From: Malacoraja senta
Taxonomy: Eukaryota
Assembly (NCBI GenBank): GCA_038087875.1
Contig: CM075988.1
Coordinates: 23,686,001-23,750,000 of the forward strand
Length of the DNA: 64,000 bases
Reading direction: 5' to 3'
A program made the translations under genes and the position numbers. This document shows positions 1 to 13,368 of this stretch, in pieces. Below the pieces are notes generated by a model, which saw only the letters and a list, made by a program, of their open reading frames with translations, did no database searches and was not told the origin of the DNA. The stretch's first letter is position 1. Every line of letters begins with the position of its first letter.

Positions 1-515
1 AGTGTGGTCTCTCTTCTATTGCGATAGCCAGTGGGTGAGATTTTTCCAAAGGCAGCCATATCTGGAAACACTCTAATCTATTTCTAAATGACCATTTACC
101 AACTAAAATACGCCAGATTATCAAAATACATCATGCATTGATTTGTGCAGTCACTTTGTAAAGTTTCCAGATTACATCATTTGCTGAATATTAAATATCC
201 AGTTCACAAATAAGCGAATGAGAACACGATCATCACTAATTACAACCAAAGTGGGAACTCGATTTTCCAGTTGTTCCAGTTGGTTGAGCTAATTGTAAAA
301 AGGTTGAACATCAATAATAGAGAAGTAGGAGTTAAGAATTAAGAATGTCAAATGTGGTAAAAAATAGATTTAAGGGAACCTTTACAAGCATCAACAATAG
401 GAAGGGGCTCAAGGGAGCACCATTCTAACAAAGTTGTTTTCAAAGGGTGTTGTTTTTAAACTGTTTTACATTGTAATTATGTATTATGTATTAAGACTAA
501 AATTAAAATGCATAC

Positions 516-598
516 CTGTCACAAGGAGGAAGTCCCATGGATCCATTTTCACATGATAAAACAGTTGCCAAAAGCAAGCACCAGGACTTCAGAGCCAT
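516..598 (-). CDS. TREH: Trehalase, first coding exon (signal peptide); rest of gene lies beyond the left edge
   Basis: ATG at 598 reads MALKSWCLLLATVLSCENGSMGLPPCD-AG|GTATG. Hydrophobic leader plus LPPCD(S) resembles the trehalase N-terminus (human LPPPCES, phase-2 intron). Lies downstream of DDX6 on the same strand, as in human. Confidence 0.8.
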
Positions 599-1519
599 AA
601 TTGACGAATGTTGCAAATGAAAGAGCCCAAGTTAGTTCAGCAACACTGAAAGAATACGGCAGGAAATCAAAGTACAAAGTTCCAAATAACAGGGGGAGGA
701 GACAACATCCCTGTCAAAGTTCAAGGTAACATTAAAATGAAACATTCCAATGAATGGCATTAAACCTATCATTTAATTTTCCTGCAAAATCCTCTTTCCA
801 TGTGTGCCGAAATCTCAAAACTTTTGAGAACTACCCCAAGTTGCAGCAATGCTCCCAAGTACCATGAGGTTTACATTTAGGCTGTCCTCCCAGCCTCTAT
901 ATCCCTGGCAGCAAGAAGATGAGCATTATTACACTTCATTTTGTCTCACAATATCAAGATCCAGGCAGCTGTGCTGAAGAATACACATGCGGGTTGAGTT
1001 TCAGTATACTCCTGTAGCAAAATAATGCAATCTCGATTATTCAAATCTGTCCCATGGCTAACAAAAATAAATTCATTCAAAAAACAGGCAAACAGGATAA
1101 AATGTGTATTTAATATTAAAAAGGTTGGTTTCAAATTATAAACTGCTTCATTTACACTATTTTGACAAATCCATTGGCAGAATCCAATCAAAGTTGTCAG
1201 AAGTGTTGTGGTTAATAGCATTGAGCAAGTACTCTGAAACCAGAGTTTATTTGCTGAAACGGATGTTATTTGCTGTTCCCAACAAAGTCAAGGCCATTCT
1301 GTTTGCATTGCATTTTCATGGTTCTGAAGATTCAAAAGACCTGTGACTTGAATGTCCAGCAGACGGGTGGGCACAGAATATGCAAACACCAATACTTGAA
1401 ATTTACACTTTACTCCCTTTAGCAGATGTTCTACAATAAATTATGCACAAACTAAAAAGTTTGTATGCCCTATTGCAAGGGGAGATCTTAATAACGATGC
1501 CTCTCATGAAAGGCACTCG

Positions 1520-1990
1520 CATAATAGTGCCATTAAGTTGGAAAGGAAGCAGAGAAGATTCAGAAGGATGTTCCATGACTTGAGGGCCTGAGCTAGAGGG
1601 AGAGGTTGGGCAGGCTGGGACTTTATTCCTTGGCACACATCATTCCATAGAGTTGATCTTATAGATGCATAATATGAGTAGGAAGATAATGTGAATGCAA
1701 AGGCTCTTTTTCCAAGATGGGGGAACATTGAACCAGAGGGAATAGAGTTAAGGATAGAGGGGCAACCTTTCCCCCCTCCCCTCCCCCCCCCCCCACAGAG
1801 GGTGGTAGGTATATGGAACAAGCTGCGGGTGGAGGTAGTCAAGGCAGGTACAATAACAACATTTAAAAGACATTTGAACAAGTATATGGATGGGAAAGAT
1901 TGAGAGATTTGGCCAAACATGATCAGGTAGGATTAGTGTAAATGGGGCAGCTTGGTTGGCACGAACGAGTTGGGCCAAAGGATCTGTATA
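1520..1990 (+). mobile_element. Degenerate CR1 LINE 3' fragment
   Basis: QRVVGIWNKL...TFKRHLNKYMD, typical CR1 ORF2 C-terminus. Confidence 0.8.
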
Positions 1991-2307
1991 ACATAGAAAA
2001 TAAATAAAAATGGCAAATATGCAAGACATTGAAAACAATATTTCCTTGGAATTTATACGACACAGCAGTAGATAAAAGTCCAATTAAAGAAAACGACAAC
2101 AAAAAGGTACATAAATTCATTTGATTTTAATTTTTTTTATCCTGGAGGTGGTGGGGTCGAGTGGGAAAGAAGTGATTCTAGATGTATGACGTCGCAAAGT
2201 TTTGATTGTTTTCAACCTTTCTCCACTTTTAAGATATTTGTTCCTCGTGGTGAATGCATACTAGGTATCTGCCAATAGTTCTCTCAAACAATATTTTTGA
2301 ATCACAT

Positions 2308-2403
2308 AGACAGACACAAAAAGCTGGAGTAACTCAGCAGGACAAGCAGCATCTCTGGAGAGAAGGAACGGGTGACATTTCGGGTTGAGACCCTTCTTCA
2401 GAC
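2308..2403 (-). mobile_element. Penelope-derived repeat fragment with hammerhead remnant
   Basis: gacacaaaaagctggagtaactcagc...cccttcttcagac, a unit seen about 20 times in the window. Confidence 0.65.
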
Positions 2404-2624
2404 ATATAATTCAGCCCCAGAAACTTGTTCCTCAATGGACAAATTCAAATCCATCCTTCTCAAATCCAGGGTAACAAATATACATCAGCACTTCCGATGC
2501 TCAGTTTGGTACTGACTCAGGCCAAACATTGAAATCCTGGAGTTCTGTCTCACACAGCAATAGTTGCATTACAAAGTTTATTGCTCATTCGGTTTCAAGC
2601 AGATCAATTAAAACACAGATACAC

Positions 2625-5600
2625 AATTAGATTCCAGTGAGTTTTTATTGAAATGAACAAAATGCAACTCTGTAGCTTTCTCTAAACAACCTCTCAACTC
2701 ATTCTGAATAAGTATCCAAATCTCTTCATAACCGGTCCATACAGCATCAGCTTTAAAGAAAAGTTCTGGTTCAAAAGTAAAGTTATTTTTATTTCACTGG
2801 AATATTCAAGCCAATTATACTCATAATAGGAAATCAAATGTTTTTTTTAAAGTAGACTCTGTTTCATACTTGCAACACTATTTGTTTCCACGTGTCACCA
2901 TTTAACAGTCCTATCATTTCAGTATCCTTAATGCAATGGGTTTAAATTATGCTTTTATTTTAAGCCGCCAATTTAAGGAACTTTGTTCAAATTGGGGAAA
3001 CATTAAGATTTTTTTTTCTTGAACACTGAAATGGGACAGGTTTGCCTTTATAATTTGTTTTAAACCCAGCCCTGTTGCACCCTCCCCCCTCCCTTTGGTA
3101 AAGATCCATATGCGTATGGCATTATTTCAATAACTCCTGACCCCAACCAATCCCATTCTTTCCCCCCCCCCTCCAAGAACAACATCTGCACAATGAAAAG
3201 AGCTCCATCCTGCCTAAAGATCTCCCACCACATACACCATCACCTTTCCAAACAAACTAAAATAGAGGGATGGGGGTATAAAAATTAAAGTTAAAATAAC
3301 TGACCATATTTGGTGTATATTAACAAAATGGTTTGACGTCAAATGGCCATGATGGGGCACCTTAGCATCCAGTTTCTATCTCTGTGAAATTTCCTCACTT
3401 ATCACACCACAGGTATGCCAGGTTTTAAGTGCTCACTGTCTGTGCAGATGAAGTCCTTGGAACAGCAGAACCACCCACCCAATTACACATATATAAATAG
3501 AATGAGATGACTTTCAGCTCATGTGTGAAGGGCTTATTGATGACATTGCAAGCCAATGTTTAGTTACTTCACACATCAGAAACATGCCGCGGAGAATAAA
3601 AAGGGAAAGATGCTTTCATCTCATTCCATAAACATTAAAATGTTAACCCCTCCCACCCCCCCAAAAAAAATTTGCCAAATTCTCAAGAAGCCAGTCATCT
3701 GCTATTAAACTTAGTATTTCACAGCACAACCCTTTTGTAGAATTTTTCCGCTTAACAACTCAGTGAAGATGGAGACTATTACTCTTAATTACTCTTAAGA
3801 GCTGTAAACGACTAAGTTCTTAAAGCAGTTTGTTGTAGACATCTGCTGTTACCTGCTACTTTCCTGGCTTACAAATTAGAAAAACATTGTTGAGGCGGAG
3901 ATCTGATTACACTCAACAACGGTAACAAAGCATCTTTCCCAATCTTAAACAGGTTTGTATACTCCGACATAGTCTTGCCATCCCCCGATGGCGACCAACA
4001 CCTGTAGCCATGAAGGGGATAGTCTAGTTAAGTGCCAACCCTTAAAAGGAGGCGCCAAGCATTTAATACTACTACACATTTCCAACTTATCTGTGTTTCA
4101 GAAGGGATTGTTAAACCATGGCACCAGGTTTGTTTGTTAATGATGGCAGTGCATACGCTCAAAGTCCAACACAAGCTTTGCGTCTGATGTGCACACTGCC
4201 GTCTGGTCTTTATTTACAAGGTGGGAAGTGAGTGTATGGAACAATCCCCTCGTCTTTTAAACTGTGGATGAAGAAAGTCACAATACAATTCCTCCTCTCA
4301 CCCACTCCCTAATCCCAACCTGCTATAACAGCTGTTTTAAAATGAAGTACCTGTAGAACTGGAGATGTTTACACAGCTGGTACCCATGCTCAAGTCTTTC
4401 CATTAACACAGCTTTCTGCTACTGACACTATCTTACAGCATTTTAAATCTTGTAAACCCTATAATTTTTGCACATTAACAAAATGGATGTCTGTCCAAGA
4501 GGCACCTACACATGCCTAGAATCTACTCTTCGAAAAGCAGGTGCAAATTTGTTAAACTCAAAAATCCCAATAACAAATAGTTGGCAATATAAAGCACAAA
4601 ATGTTTATTGCACTTAAGTGCAAGGTGCCTATTTATGCATGGATTACACTCGATGTATTCTAGTCCTGAACTACTTCTGCACTCTCTCATACCAACTCCC
4701 AAGTATTTGCAAAATGGATGTTCACTTCACAAAGCAAAAAGGAAGTAAATAATGGAAGAATCCAATGGTCCATCACCAGGGCCCCACCATATAACACAAC
4801 TGATTGGAATTTCAGGAGGATGAACCACCAGCAATCCAACACTCCAAAGAAGTCACCTCCGGGATTTATGGACTCATGGGTGTTTGCCAGCATCATAACT
4901 ACAGCAAGATTAGTTTTGAAAAATAATTAATTTCAAAGTATCCAAACTCCAGTTTCTCTTCCCTGGACTTCAGTACACAAGCTAGCATGAAATTCAATGG
5001 GGACATAGAGTTAGCCTGCTGATCTTTGACCAGCAGGATTTCAGAACTCAAAAGGATTCTTCCAGCAATGACTGTTCATTTAGATTCCAAATTAAGATGG
5101 TTTGTGAGTGCAGAAGTTGGTTAGAAGTATAGGTGCCTCTGAGACAGTTGTTACTCAGGCTGGAGGAAATTTGCAAACTATTTTGACCCATTGCTTCACA
5201 CTGCCTGTACATCAGGCCAATCGACCAGCACACTGTGAGGGGCACAGCAACAGGCAACAACACAAAGATTAGTCATTTACTTCCAGGAAAAAAAAGAAAA
5301 AAAAACTATTGTCCAATGTGTCAGTCAGATCATATACTAAAAATATTTAAATGGACACAGAACATGTCAGTATAACTGAAGTTAAACCAATATACACCTG
5401 AACACCCGTGGAAAAATCTTGAATTTTTAGATACAATACCATTACCAATACTCAAAAGGGTTCAAAAGTAGAGTTAATGGCATCCTACCATTTTCACAAT
5501 TATTGTTACTAAATAAAATCTCTAAATTTCAGCATAAAACCTACTTTATGAACGGGATGAGATCTAGATAATGGGCAGTGGGCAGGGAAGGCGTGAAACG

Positions 5601-7662
5601 AAAGAGATAATTTGTCCAAATAAATTGGCTCCAAAATTTATTCCAGAGGTCCAAATAACTTGAAATATACACATTTCTTACATGGATGTGTTTAAGGACT
5701 GGAGCGGTCAATACTAGTCCAGCAGGACCTACTTCTCCACATCAAAACAGTGACTGTCCATCACATAATGGGAACATTTATATGGGATAAGAGCAATATG
5801 CTGCTCAGACCATCACCATGTGGGTTGGACTGTGCCAAGCTCTTTTATTTTACAGACTTTCCTGCTGCATGTAACAAAACCAGCTCCTCAAAAATGGAAA
5901 CACTGAAAATGTTGAGAAATTGTACTGGGAAATTGGGTGTCTTTTAAAAAAAAAATTAGCCCCCTTCCAAATCCATGATCCTCTTGAACCCCAAATGGAT
6001 AGGCAGCAGAGTTCTTGGTGATGAAAATCTCAACAGAATGCATATGTCCAAATAAAAACGAGTTGTTCCAATCACCTTAACATTCGAAAGGGATGGATGG
6101 CTACAGCCATGGATGGCTGGGGCAAGTACGGCATTAGTTGCCAGTACAATTCTTACACCCATTTTATTTTTTCTTTGAGTTTTCAGTCACTAATGTCTCG
6201 ATTCAGCTGGCTGCTGCTCCTTAATTGGTTAATTATGTTTTTCTTGCTTCACAGCAAGATGGTACCTTTCCTTCAGCAAATGGGGGAGGAAGTGAAGAGG
6301 GAAGTATGCAGGAAAGAGGATTTATATCTAAAAAGATCTCATTTATCAATCAGTTCAGTGCTGTCTGGTCGTCAAAGGTTTTGTGTAGTCACTGTATCCA
6401 AATATTTCAATTCATAAATTGAGATTGTGTCCCATGTTACCAACTTCTAATTATAGATTGCTTGATGTATTTACATTGAGCTGACAGAAATCAGCTATGA
6501 TGTTGGTGCTGCATGCAACAGTGCCCTTCACAGCTTTAGTTCACAGCAACATGCTACCCATTTCCTACCAGCCCCAGTAACTAGTAATTATTTTTTATCA
6601 AAGGTAACAAGATGATAGAAAAAACGTATTTACATGTTTACAGGTGTATACACATCAATCTTTTGTGGGACACACTTCATCTTGCTGTCAGAAGGAAAAT
6701 GGATGCCTGTGTTTAGAAGTTTCCGAGTCCAAGTTCAGTTGCTGCAGAACAGTCTACATTCAAGTCTAAGAGATGGAAGGTAGGGAAGGAGTGGGATTCT
6801 TAGTGTTCTGCTAGGGTCATGCTTGGAGTCTTCTGGGAAACCTCCGTGAACAAAATTAAAATGCACAATGCAAGCTTTCCTTCTGAGCGCAAAAGCAACA
6901 AAATTAGCCCCAACATATTTAACATATATACATCAAGATGACATCTCATCTGGAGTTCCAGCTCAACTTCTCCAAGAAAATAGTCCCTTTCAAAAATTAA
7001 AAATATCTAAAATCTTGCAGATTCTTCACTTCCCCCACCAATACATTCCATTTTACTCTCACCAATGGAAACAGATGAAGTTAATGTCACATAAATCTTG
7101 AGTTACATCCCAATCCCTCCCACCCCCCCTAAACACCCCACCCTCCCCCTCAAAAAATGGATGACTATAACATAGGGATGGTATTCATATGGTCCTGCAT
7201 CACCTTAAGGCACTTTATACAAATACCATAAAATCTTTGTAGCCTAAGACTGACGAGTACGTGCACTGGGAGAAGTTGAGAAGCCATCAGATGAATATCC
7301 TGGTCAGTGGCTTCAGCAAAAACAAAAAATGGAGGGGTAAAAGGAGGGGAAGGAAGGAAAAAGAATACAACAAAGTGTGCTGTTCACTGTTCAGTTCAGC
7401 TCTTCAGTGCTACTTAGTCTAGATCTCCCGTGCCAGTTAGTGCAATAGTTGTCCACTCCCTGCACACAGTGCAAACCATACGAGCTCAGGAAGAAATGGT
7501 CCTTCACAAATCAGGAACTACACTTTGTGTCATCAAACAAAGGAAAATGGGAGTTTGGTGTTGTCTTAGACAAAGAAAAGAGAAGGGTATCCCAAGAAAT
7601 GATGTGTTCCGGAACAGGCAAAAAAAAAAAAAATCTTCAGTTTCTGTATTCTGTGATTGGGC
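2625..7662 (-). other. DDX6: DDX6 terminal non-coding exon (long 3'UTR); 3' end approximate
   Basis: Acceptor TTCTAAC..TTTTTGTATCCTCAG| at 7663, with branch point. About 5 kb with no recognisable transposons. AATAAA on minus at 4604-4609 and 2644-2649, the latter followed by a GT-rich tract. Confidence 0.7.
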
Positions 7663-8006
7663 CTGAGGATACAAAAACAGACTGTTAGAACTGAAGGACA
7701 ATGTCATGTCATGATGTTTTTAACAATTCTTAATAAACCAGGCCCTTGATAAAATAGATGTAGAATTCAGCCACGTGCTTGTGCCAATCAACACAAATCA
7801 TGGCTGATCATCCACTTTAGTAGCCTTCCCACCTCCTTCAATACCTTTGTTACTTTTAGCAATAAGAAATATCCATCTTCTACATAGATACCTTTAATAA
7901 TTTGGCTTCTATTGTCCTATGGTGGATATTTCAGCAAATTTTCCAATCTCGGGGAGGGGGGGGGGGGGGGGGATTCCTCACAGCATTTCTAAACTAAACA
8001 CTAAAG

Positions 8007-8360
8007 TAGGGATCGACAACCGACAGCCCACGGGCCGGATTCGGCCCGTAACCCGAAATCATCTGGCCCGCAAGCATTTTTTTTTTCAATTCAATTTCGC
8101 TACATGGGAACTGCTGCAGCTAGTCCCGGGGCTCGCAGGCGACCTGGGAACTGCAGCCTGTTCTGGGGCACGCAGGCGACCTGGGAACTGCAGCTAGTCC
8201 CGGGGATGCGAGGGATCTGGGAACTGCAGAAAACTAATTGAAAAATACGTGAAAACTAATGCGAAAAACAACACCAAGTGTCACACTAGTTGGTATGTAT
8301 CATTAGTATGTATTATTACTGATTAATAATTAAGTTCATATGTATTATTATTACGTCCAT
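8007..8360 (+). mobile_element. hAT/Charlie-like left end with internal ~37 bp tandem repeats (8114-8229)
   Basis: tagggatcgacaac...gggccggattcggcccg, MER20/MER1-like subterminal motifs; no right end found. Confidence 0.55.
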
Positions 8361-9305
8361 TTATGTGACAGAGGAGAGGATATAGATGGTTAGCAATGAG
8401 GAGCAACTCTTTCTACATTCTAGAACGATACTGGACTTGGAAACAGTTTTGGTGGGTAGATGTTGAACACAATGTTGCTTCTCATGATCAAGTCAGATAT
8501 CAAAATGGCAAAAGCCAGATAAATATCTGACATTACTCTGCAATTGAAGGAGCAGAGAGCTGCATGAGAACAGCTAAACTAAGAAAGAAAATGGATTAAT
8601 GGAGAACAAGATATCTTAAAAATCGAGGCAACAGCATGGTTGCGAGATCGGTTGTGGTAAAATGTGGTGTTTGGCACAAAGTTACCAATCAATTTTGGAA
8701 CAAAGTGAATTGAAAGGGGATTTTTTTTATTAATGCAAGCTGTAGCAAACCAAACAAATCAAGTAGGGCCCTCCATGAGCATGAGAAGATGAAGTAATAA
8801 AATGGCAAGATTAATGAAGTTACTGTGCTCATGAACTGGAGAAGATTATGTTGGAAGATAAATGAGAGACCTTGGTGAATTGATATGAAATACAAACTCA
8901 CTGAGAATGAGATGTAATTTGGTGCAGAGGCTGTGAAATGAAAACAGATCTCAGTAAATTTCATGAAACTTAAGTGGGCAATAAAGGTGGTTCTGATCGG
9001 AAAGCAAAAGGGTCATTGGACACCATGAGCCAAGAAGTTGCCTATAAAAAGGCAAGATGCCTACTGTAAGGTTGCACTGCCTTTCCTACAAATAGTAACA
9101 GGAATTCAAAAAAGAGAATCCTGGCCTGTCTCTTCAGATGGAAAACCCAAATGGCATAAGACACCTGGAAAGGGAAATGATTAGTAGGACACTTTATAGC
9201 GTGCATAACGCAGAGATCAATTCTAGATTTAAACTTAGCCTGACCATCACATTACTAGTGGGTGTTGTTAAAATTCTTTCAAATACTAACCAAATTAATC
9301 TGAAG

Positions 9306-9481
9306 TTACTGTTTATCCTCTCCGTCTGGCTCACTGTGGTATTCTGCAACATACAGACTTTTATCAATGCTGCCAGGGATGGGCTTGATCTCGGTTCCAA
9401 GCTGCTCCTCAATGGCCTTCAGATTAAAGCGGTCATCGTATGTGATTAGATTGATTGCCAGGCCCAGATGGCCAAACCGCC
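9306..9481 (-). CDS. DDX6: DDX6 last coding exon ([19 protein letters not shown]...EDKQ*)
   Basis: Acceptor ttcag|; TAA at 9306-9308; 176 coding nt; probable donor GTTAGT at 9290. Confidence 0.97.
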
Positions 9482-9737
9482 CTGAAGACAAAAATTGAAC
9501 ACATTAAATTTGGGACAAAACTATCAGTTGTTTAATTCGATCATTTTGGAAATATTGGGTTCACACAGATTTTTTTTTTAATCACACTGCCAAATCCCCA
9601 ATCAGGGTGCTGCTGATACAAATTAAGCACTGGCAAACACATTCCATTAAATATATATATATATACAGGACCTCACAAGGAAGAAAGAATAGCTAAAGAT
9701 TAACCTGGGAATTGACTGTAATGCCAAGCTGGAATTA

Positions 9738-9890
<153 letters not shown>

Positions 9891-10470
9891 TTAAAAATGT
9901 ATCTGATGAGTGGAAGGGGAGGAAAATAGGAGACACTGTGTGGAATTAGAATCTGACCCGTTACCTATAAATATATGTTCATTACTCATCAGAAGTATTT
10001 TTAAGGCCAAAAGATTTTGGATGAGAAATCACAACAATGGAAAAAGAGTGCACCTATATATATTTGCCACACTATTTGTATTGGTGGGCTCACATCCAGG
10101 ATGATTATGGGTTTGGCAATATAATTGAAACCCAAAGTACCAGCCGTTTCCCCAATTTAGGAGCTTCACCCTTTAGCTTTTAAAAGTAATCAGCGTAAAT
10201 CTACTCAAATGGTCATCACCTCCCTTACAAACCAAATTAAGTAATTAAATGTCTGAGAATTAATAAATTAGAGCCCACAAATTATATTCTTAGATGTTTA
10301 AATGGTATTTCCTGTTTTGTGCATGACTAGAATACTCTTCCCCTTCCAGTTGAAAACCATGTAATCTAGGAATACACATAAAATGACTAAAGAAGTTTCA
10401 CAAATGTTAACAGCAGCCAACCAAAATGTTCAACGCTGCAAGTAATAAAATGATTTTCTGTAGTACTTAC

Positions 10471-10534
10471 CAGTGCAAACCAAATTGCGACACATTCCAT
10501 TTCTAAAATCGTGGAACACACGGTTACGATGTTC
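10471..10534 (-). CDS. DDX6: DDX6 coding exon 10 ([21 protein letters not shown])
   Basis: aacag| acceptor, |gtaag donor, 64 nt. Confidence 0.97.
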
Positions 10535-10884
10535 CTGTTGAAAAGAATTGACAACTCATTTTAACAAATGGAGTTCATTCTAAATAATTTATAAAACAGT
10601 ATATTTAAAAACATATTAAAGTAGAAATTTGGTTATTTTATAGTACAATGTATTCCTCACATTATCAGTGCGAAGATCATTTAAAGTGCAAGAATCACAA
10701 CATTTTTAATCGTCTCTATATAAAGGTGTAGGAAGGAACTGTAGAAGCTGGTTTAAACCGATACCAGATACAAAAAGCTGGAGTAACAGGCAGCATCTCT
10801 GGAGAGATGCCATTCCTTCTCTCCAGAGATGCTGCCTGTCCCGCTGAGTTACTCCAGCTTTTTGTGTCTATTGTCTATATAAAG

Positions 10885-11015
10885 GGGGTGGAAGATTGCA
10901 ACCTTCACGTGGTCCGCCCTGTTTCGACTAATGCAATCAACTCGACGTGCACAAACGGAAGATCAAATAGAACAAGTTGTCTTTAGGCTGTGCACACCAC
11001 ACAAAAGAAAAAGAA
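10885..11015 (+). mobile_element. Ribozyme-headed short retroposon, copy 1 (intact HDV-like fold at 10885-10938)
   Basis: TSD gtctatataaag at 10873-10884 and 11016-11027; A/GAA tail; homologous to three other copies. Confidence 0.85.
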
Positions 11016-11594
11016 GTCTATATAAAGGAATCCCTATTAAAATTCTTCCATTTTAAGCCAAACTTAACAAGTCCCACCAAACAAACTCTAGTCCCAATCA
11101 CGATGAGAAATCTTGTTGTGAGTATTTTATAGGAAAATAAAAGCTTGTAATGTTAAACATTGATGGTCAAATTATTTTCCAAACGTGATCTCCACAGGTT
11201 CAAGGCATTTCAAGCACTGGAAAACAACAGACATTTGTGGAACATTGCCTCCCAGGAGCAAATGGGGGAAAACTTTGGGGGTGGAGGAGAGATGAGAGAA
11301 ATAGTAGAAAACCAAGATACTTGGATCCCTTAATTTTGTATTTAACTGGATTGGTTCCAGATCCTCAATCATATCTCCATCTGCTATTAAATGGGAAAGA
11401 AAATATGAAATGAATTTTCCCACCCCATGCCCTTCTAAAATGATTCAACACATTATAGCAAATCACAAATGTATATTGATCTCAACGGGCATTGCAGGAA
11501 ATGAAAAAACAACAACTTTGCATCAAAATCCATCTAACAGCTTTCATCAGTTCATATGAGCAAACATCTTCAATTTGTGTTCTTTTTAACTCAC

Positions 11595-11711
11595 CTGCCT
11601 CATTTTAGCATGAATGTAGAAACAGGAATAACCCAGCTGAGAGATTTTCTTGGCCAGCAGCTCTACTCGCTGGGAAGAGTTGCAGAATATAATTGACTGG
11701 TTAATCTGAAG
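11595..11711 (-). CDS. DDX6: DDX6 coding exon 9 ([39 protein letters not shown])
   Basis: ttcag| acceptor, |gtgag donor, 117 nt. Confidence 0.97.
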
Positions 11712-12496
11712 CTGAAAGTAATAAAATCTGTTAGTACAATGCAAGACAAATTTTCAAGATGCTAAACCGATTTATAACTACCTTGTTTCATTCTCACTCA
11801 GCTGTCACTATTCAAATCAATATCTTAATCACATTGAGATGCAGCCAATTTGATCTACAATCTTGCCAATGCTGCTCTTAAAACAGAGAGTAAGCAATAA
11901 ACACAAACAATGCCAGTCTAACTTCTGGTTGTACAGAATGCTCATGTTTTCCTACAGATCCCTATGGACTTGCATCCTGCAATTTCAATTTCTAAAATAG
12001 AACGATTCTTAATAACTGGGTCTCCTTCTGCAGCAAAAAATTAATCCGAAAGTGATTCCTGGTGCAAGCCTTTGATAAAATGTGTCAAGAGGCAACAATC
12101 ATTTGATTACTGATCAAAATAGACATCTCTACTCTTCTACAAAATATCAGAGTAATATAAAGGAATTGTCAATGCTGGTTTATTCCAACGATACACACAA
12201 AATGCTGGACTAACTCAGCAGGCCACAGAGCATCTCTGGAGAAAATGGATAGGTGACGTTTTAGGTCGGGACCCTTCTTCAGACTATCAGAAGACATTAC
12301 CTTTGATAAAGCTACTGTCCTTCAAAACTACTCTACATCAACTTTCATTTTGCATTTGTGCTCAGAACACATGCTTCAATTTCAATCAAAACATGGTTGT
12401 TGGCTGCTGGGCTTGTTTATGCTGTACAACAACATAGCTAAATATCAAACTATTGTCTTAGTTAATGTTGAAAATCAAACACTTGCACCATCTTAC

Positions 12497-12625
12497 CCGA
12501 GAAAAGAGTGTGTTGAGACAGTGCACTTTCTGCCGTTCAGTAACATACGCATAGTACTGGGTTACTCCTTTCAATGTCAGCTCTTCCATCAGATTAATTT
12601 CGTACGGTTTCTGTAAATGCGAATT
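12497..12625 (-). CDS. DDX6: DDX6 coding exon 8 ([43 protein letters not shown])
   Basis: ggcag| acceptor, |gtaag donor, 129 nt; within ORF 12458-12640. Confidence 0.97.
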
Positions 12626-13218
12626 CTGCCAAGACAACAAGTCAGTGCATTGTACTTCAGATTATCTGCTTAAAATCAGTTTTTAAAATTATGTAATAAA
12701 GCAGCCCAAAATAGGACTCTAAATGAAATGTTAACTCAAAATAGAGATTCAATAATAAATCACTGAAGGACATTCTTTCGGTTGCTTGCATCAGATCTAA
12801 AATGTTCTTGTCAGCTTTACTCGGGTATTAGCATACAGGAACAAAATGGAATAATAACCCAAAGGATGTCCTCCACATCATCCTTTAACTACAAGACAGA
12901 TACCAGGCTCTATTATTATTATTGGTAAGAGATCTACAAATAACGTGCAAATTCTTCATCAGCATTATGTTATGCAATTGTATAATGAAGAACTATTTTC
13001 ACATTTCTTCTCATGATGCTTCTTGGCAAAATGTCAAGAATGGTGCCAATTATAACTTCCAGAAAACAAGCTCAACACTATCTTCAATTTTCTTCCCGGC
13101 TTAAAAAAATGGTAAGCAGATGGCAACAGTATACTGCCCGAGAATACCTTAAAATAGCAAAAATTAAGACCTACATGCTAGGATGGCATGTTTTAAACTG
13201 AAGAAGCGAGTTTTATTA

Positions 13219-13368
<150 letters not shown>

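Noticed and set aside
4687..7707. Many short ORFs in the DDX6 3'UTR
   Set aside because: No recognisable homology or splice structure; expected by chance.
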